64,000 bases of DNA from assembly GCA_043228905.1 (NCBI GenBank), contig JBHGNT010000018.1, positions 5,518,001 through 5,582,000 on the forward strand. Direction: 5' to 3'. Below are positions 60,630 through 64,000 of this stretch, piece by piece. The number at the start of each line of letters is the position of its first letter. Position 1 is the stretch's first letter. The notes under the pieces are model-generated. The model saw only the letters and a program-made list of their open reading frames with translations, did no database searches and had not been told where the DNA came from. Source of the stretch: Azolla caroliniana. Its lineage: Eukaryota > Plantae > Polypodiophyta. The position numbers were made by a program, and so were the translations under genes.

Positions 60630-63239
60630 TGTCGTGCCTTATGGCTCCGGATCGTTGCGTGAGTCGGGTGGGAACCGCTGGGGTTTTGGACTAGGAGGAA
60701 AGAAAATTCTAAGGCAATTAAGAATATGAAATATATTGTAAGAAAGAAAGATATGAAAAACTCGTGAATCCCACGAGTATAGTGTATTACTGAGTAATCA
60801 AATTAAGAGAGAAAAATAGTTAGCAAATTCGTGAATCCCACGATTATATTATATTAATCAACCCTTGTAAAATAATCAACAACCTCTATACATCTTACTC
60901 TCTTCCTTATATAGTGTTGGAAAAGTCTAAGTTTATCACATGCAAGCATCATGCTTTTCCTATCTTTAGTTTTCATGCACATTGCATGTGCATGATTAGC
61001 TTTCTATCTCATCTTTTCTTTTAACTCGAGTGACTATGCATGAATAACTTTTTGTACCATGCATGTCTAGAAAGTTTACATGGGATAAAGTTTAGTATAA
61101 CTTTAAAATTCATAATACGCTAGTATAATGATAAGGCTTAACATTATTAACATGGAGGTGCAAGGTTGGATTCTTGCCCTATGCATGTAATATATATATT
61201 TTTTATACTTTCTTCTATTTACAAATATGTCTCTTCATCCGGTGAGAGACTCTCACCGGCCTTCTTCATCCGGCTCTTTCCGGTTCTGCTTCATCCGGTG
61301 CTTGCTAGTTTTCTTTGTCCGGTTCTTACCGGAACCTCCTTACCGATCTCTTCGTCCGTTTCTCACCGACTCTCACCGGCCTTCTTCATCTGGCTCTTGC
61401 CGGGTCTCCTTACCGGTTTTGGTCCTTACCGGTTCCTTCTTCCGGTTCTCACCGGGTACTCCATGCCCTATCCGGAGAGACCAAAAATGTAATTTTTCAC
61501 GTAGTGTGCTAATTACACTATGACACTCGCCCCCTCCTAACCCGCACATCCTCCGATATGTGCCGAAGTCCCCGATGCTTGCTATTCACCTTTATCCGAA
61601 GCTTCCTGCGATTCTCCCCTTAAGTCGACTATGAGTTCTAATTCACTTTCTTTGCTTTCCACATCACCGCGATCTTCGTCGAATTGCTCCTTCTGGTCGG
61701 TGTTGTCTAGGATCACATAGGGTTCTTCATCAATCCGCTTCTTGAAAATCTTCACCCATTTCCTGGCTATAGGCACTCATAACAATGTTCCATCCAACTC
61801 GCATAGTCGGTAAGTTCCGTTGTTGAAAACTTTCCGAACCTCGTATGGCCCGAACCACCTTTTCGCGAACTTCCGCATCGTTGTATGTTGATGATCCAAA
61901 CTACTGTCGTAGACAATCACCCAATCTCCTTCTTCAATCTTCCGCGGTCGTAGTCGGTTCTTTGTGTCGAACCGACTTTTATTCTGGAATCGCGCTTCTT
62001 GTTGTCGGCGTATTGATTCTACTATGTCTTCCGGTCTTCCCTCCAGTTGTCGTATCCGGACCACTAGTAGTTCTTCCTGGCTCATCTCTTCCTTCCATGG
62101 TAGCATTGTCCATGTCGCGATTGCGGTTTCCGTTGGCATTACCGGTGCTTGTCCGGTCATGAGTTCTGCCGGCATGTAATCGGTTACGGAGCTATGCATC
62201 GTGTAATCCGCCCATAGTGCATACGGAAGCATCTGTGGCCAATCCTTCACCCTTCCATTGCATGCCTTCGCAATTGCTTTGATAATCGGACTATGTCCTC
62301 GTTCGATCTTCCCGTTGGCTTCCGGATTGTATGACGTTGTCAGTGTTAACCGAACTCCATGTTTAGTGAAGAATTCCTTAGTTTTATAAGAGTCGAGTTC
62401 TCCCCGATCCGCAATCACTTGTCCTACGCACCCGTACCTGCAAAATACTTCTTCCAAAAGAAATTGACATACCGCAGAACACGTTTTTCTTCGTAGCGCC
62501 CGACCTTCTACTTGATTTGTGAGATCTTCCCGAGCTAACACCAAGTACTTCTTTTGTCCGATCCCGGTTGGCATGGCTACAATGTCGACCATCCATTTGA
62601 AGTTGATTGTCGGTGAGAATGTCGGATGTAACTCATCTTGGTGTCGAACTCCGGAGTAGATTTGACACTTCTCGCAGCTTTCCGTGAACTCCGCGACATC
62701 TTTGTATATATTCTTCCACCAATATCTTTGCTTGATCTTCCCAAATTCGGACATTACCTGGTTTCGTTGCTCTTTTGTCCCGACTACTCGAAGTGGTATG
62801 CCACCCGGTCTTTTCGGCTCCCTCCATAAAAATCCATTTTTCAAGAAGAACTTTCGGACTTGCCGTTTCTTCCTTCGGATCTCGGCTCTCTTCTCTTTAT
62901 TGTCCGATGATTCCTTGATTTCTCGTAGCATTTTCCCGATCAACAAGCTTTCTCCCTCGTATTCTTCTTCCCGGAATTCTTCGATTACGTCCACCCGACA
63001 TATGTGCTCCGAAGCAAAGTAGTCTTCGGAAACTTCTTCATTATCAGATTCGGTTATGTCATCTCCGAACCACGCCCTTGATAGCATATCCGCTACAACG
63101 TTGTCTTTTCCGGAGATGTGTCTTACCTCCGGATTAAGTGACTTAACATATGCAATCCATCTTAGCATAGCCACATCCGGTATTGTGCAACACCGCATCA
63201 TCCCGAGTATCGGAAGACAATCCGTTTCGATCACTACTT
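60630..63239 (-). mobile_element. 3' part of Gypsy element F (3' LTR 60630-61525, integrase and RNase H end); same LTR family as E and G
   Basis: INT motifs FCRYGCVGQVIADRGE, YNPEANGKIERGH and RWFGPY; PPT GGAGGGGGCGAG; LTR U5 end matches element E. Confidence 0.85.
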
Positions 63240-63500
63240 CAACGTTCCTTATGTGCAACGCTCGGCCGCAACCGAGCTTAGAATGATACACAGAAAACGA
63301 GAAATAGAACACGACACAAAGAAGAGGAAGATACACAGGAGGTTTATGTGGAAAACCCCAAACTAGGGGAAAAAACCACGGCAGCCCACAGGCTGCAAAC
63401 TGTCACTATGTAAGAATGTACAAAACAGTGAGTTCACGGAGGCAACGACCTCATGCTCACGATCTTCGCCACAGGCGGCGGTTACAATAGAGGCAACGAC

Positions 63501-63549
<49 letters not shown>

Positions 63550-64000
63550 CAGTTACGCACACTCTCTATTCTTGCACCAACAAGAATGACAACAACTGTA
63601 ACTAAAGTTTGCCCTAAGTCATATTTATACTAATATGACTTTTTGGCTATTTACAAATATAGCCTCGGTGGACTATCAGAAAACATATTTACGAATATGT
63701 CTCTTCATCCGGTTCTCCGTAGCCGGGTACTCCTCATCCGGTTCATACCGGGTCTGCACCATCCGGCTCTCTGTAGCCGGGTACTCCTCATCCGGTCTTC
63801 ACCGGGTCTGCATCATCCGGCCCTCCGTAGCCGGGTACTCCTCATCTGGTTCATACCGGGTCTGCACCATCCGGGTCTCCGTAGCCGGGTACTCCTCATC
63901 CGGTCTTCACCGGGTCTGCATCATCCGGCCCTCCGTAGCCGGGTACTCCTCATCCGGTCTTCACCGGGTCTGCACCTCATCCGGTCTTCACCGGGTCTGC
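63240..64000 (-). repeat. LTR of Copia element I (B family) with an expanded 54/55-bp U3 array from about 63708, running out of the window
   Basis: Near-colinear with the B LTR; the terminal 11 bp (TGACGAGAAAC) are missing at the junction. Confidence 0.85.

Overview
This is plant nuclear DNA, probably from a non-seed land plant such as a fern (inferred from the retrotransposon lineages). It is dominated by two deeply nested LTR-retrotransposon clusters (1-31905 and about 51560-64000). Between them lies an AT-rich island holding one 4-exon host gene, a GT64 glucosamine inositolphosphorylceramide transferase (GINT1-like, 36758-39495), plus a LINE remnant and a full-length Copia element (43958-49521). 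Resolved elements include several Copia elements, a compact Tat-type Gypsy with dual RNase H, a self-priming Tf1/Tcn1-type Gypsy, and a Gypsy group with TGTCGT termini. That group has a tRNA-Trp primer site, 4-bp CpG-centred target duplications and a conserved pre-PPT hairpin, and it includes a very young gag-only member with apparently identical LTRs. The most unusual signals lie inside the LTRs. First, a TATA box sits in a covarying hairpin across several Copia families, and its loop is flipped in one 5' LTR. Second, antisense tRNA-like Pol III A/B-box modules occur in the U3 of two unrelated Gypsy lineages. Third, a Copia U3 repeat cassette sits inside a Gypsy LTR. All of this was read by eye; no searches or alignments were run.
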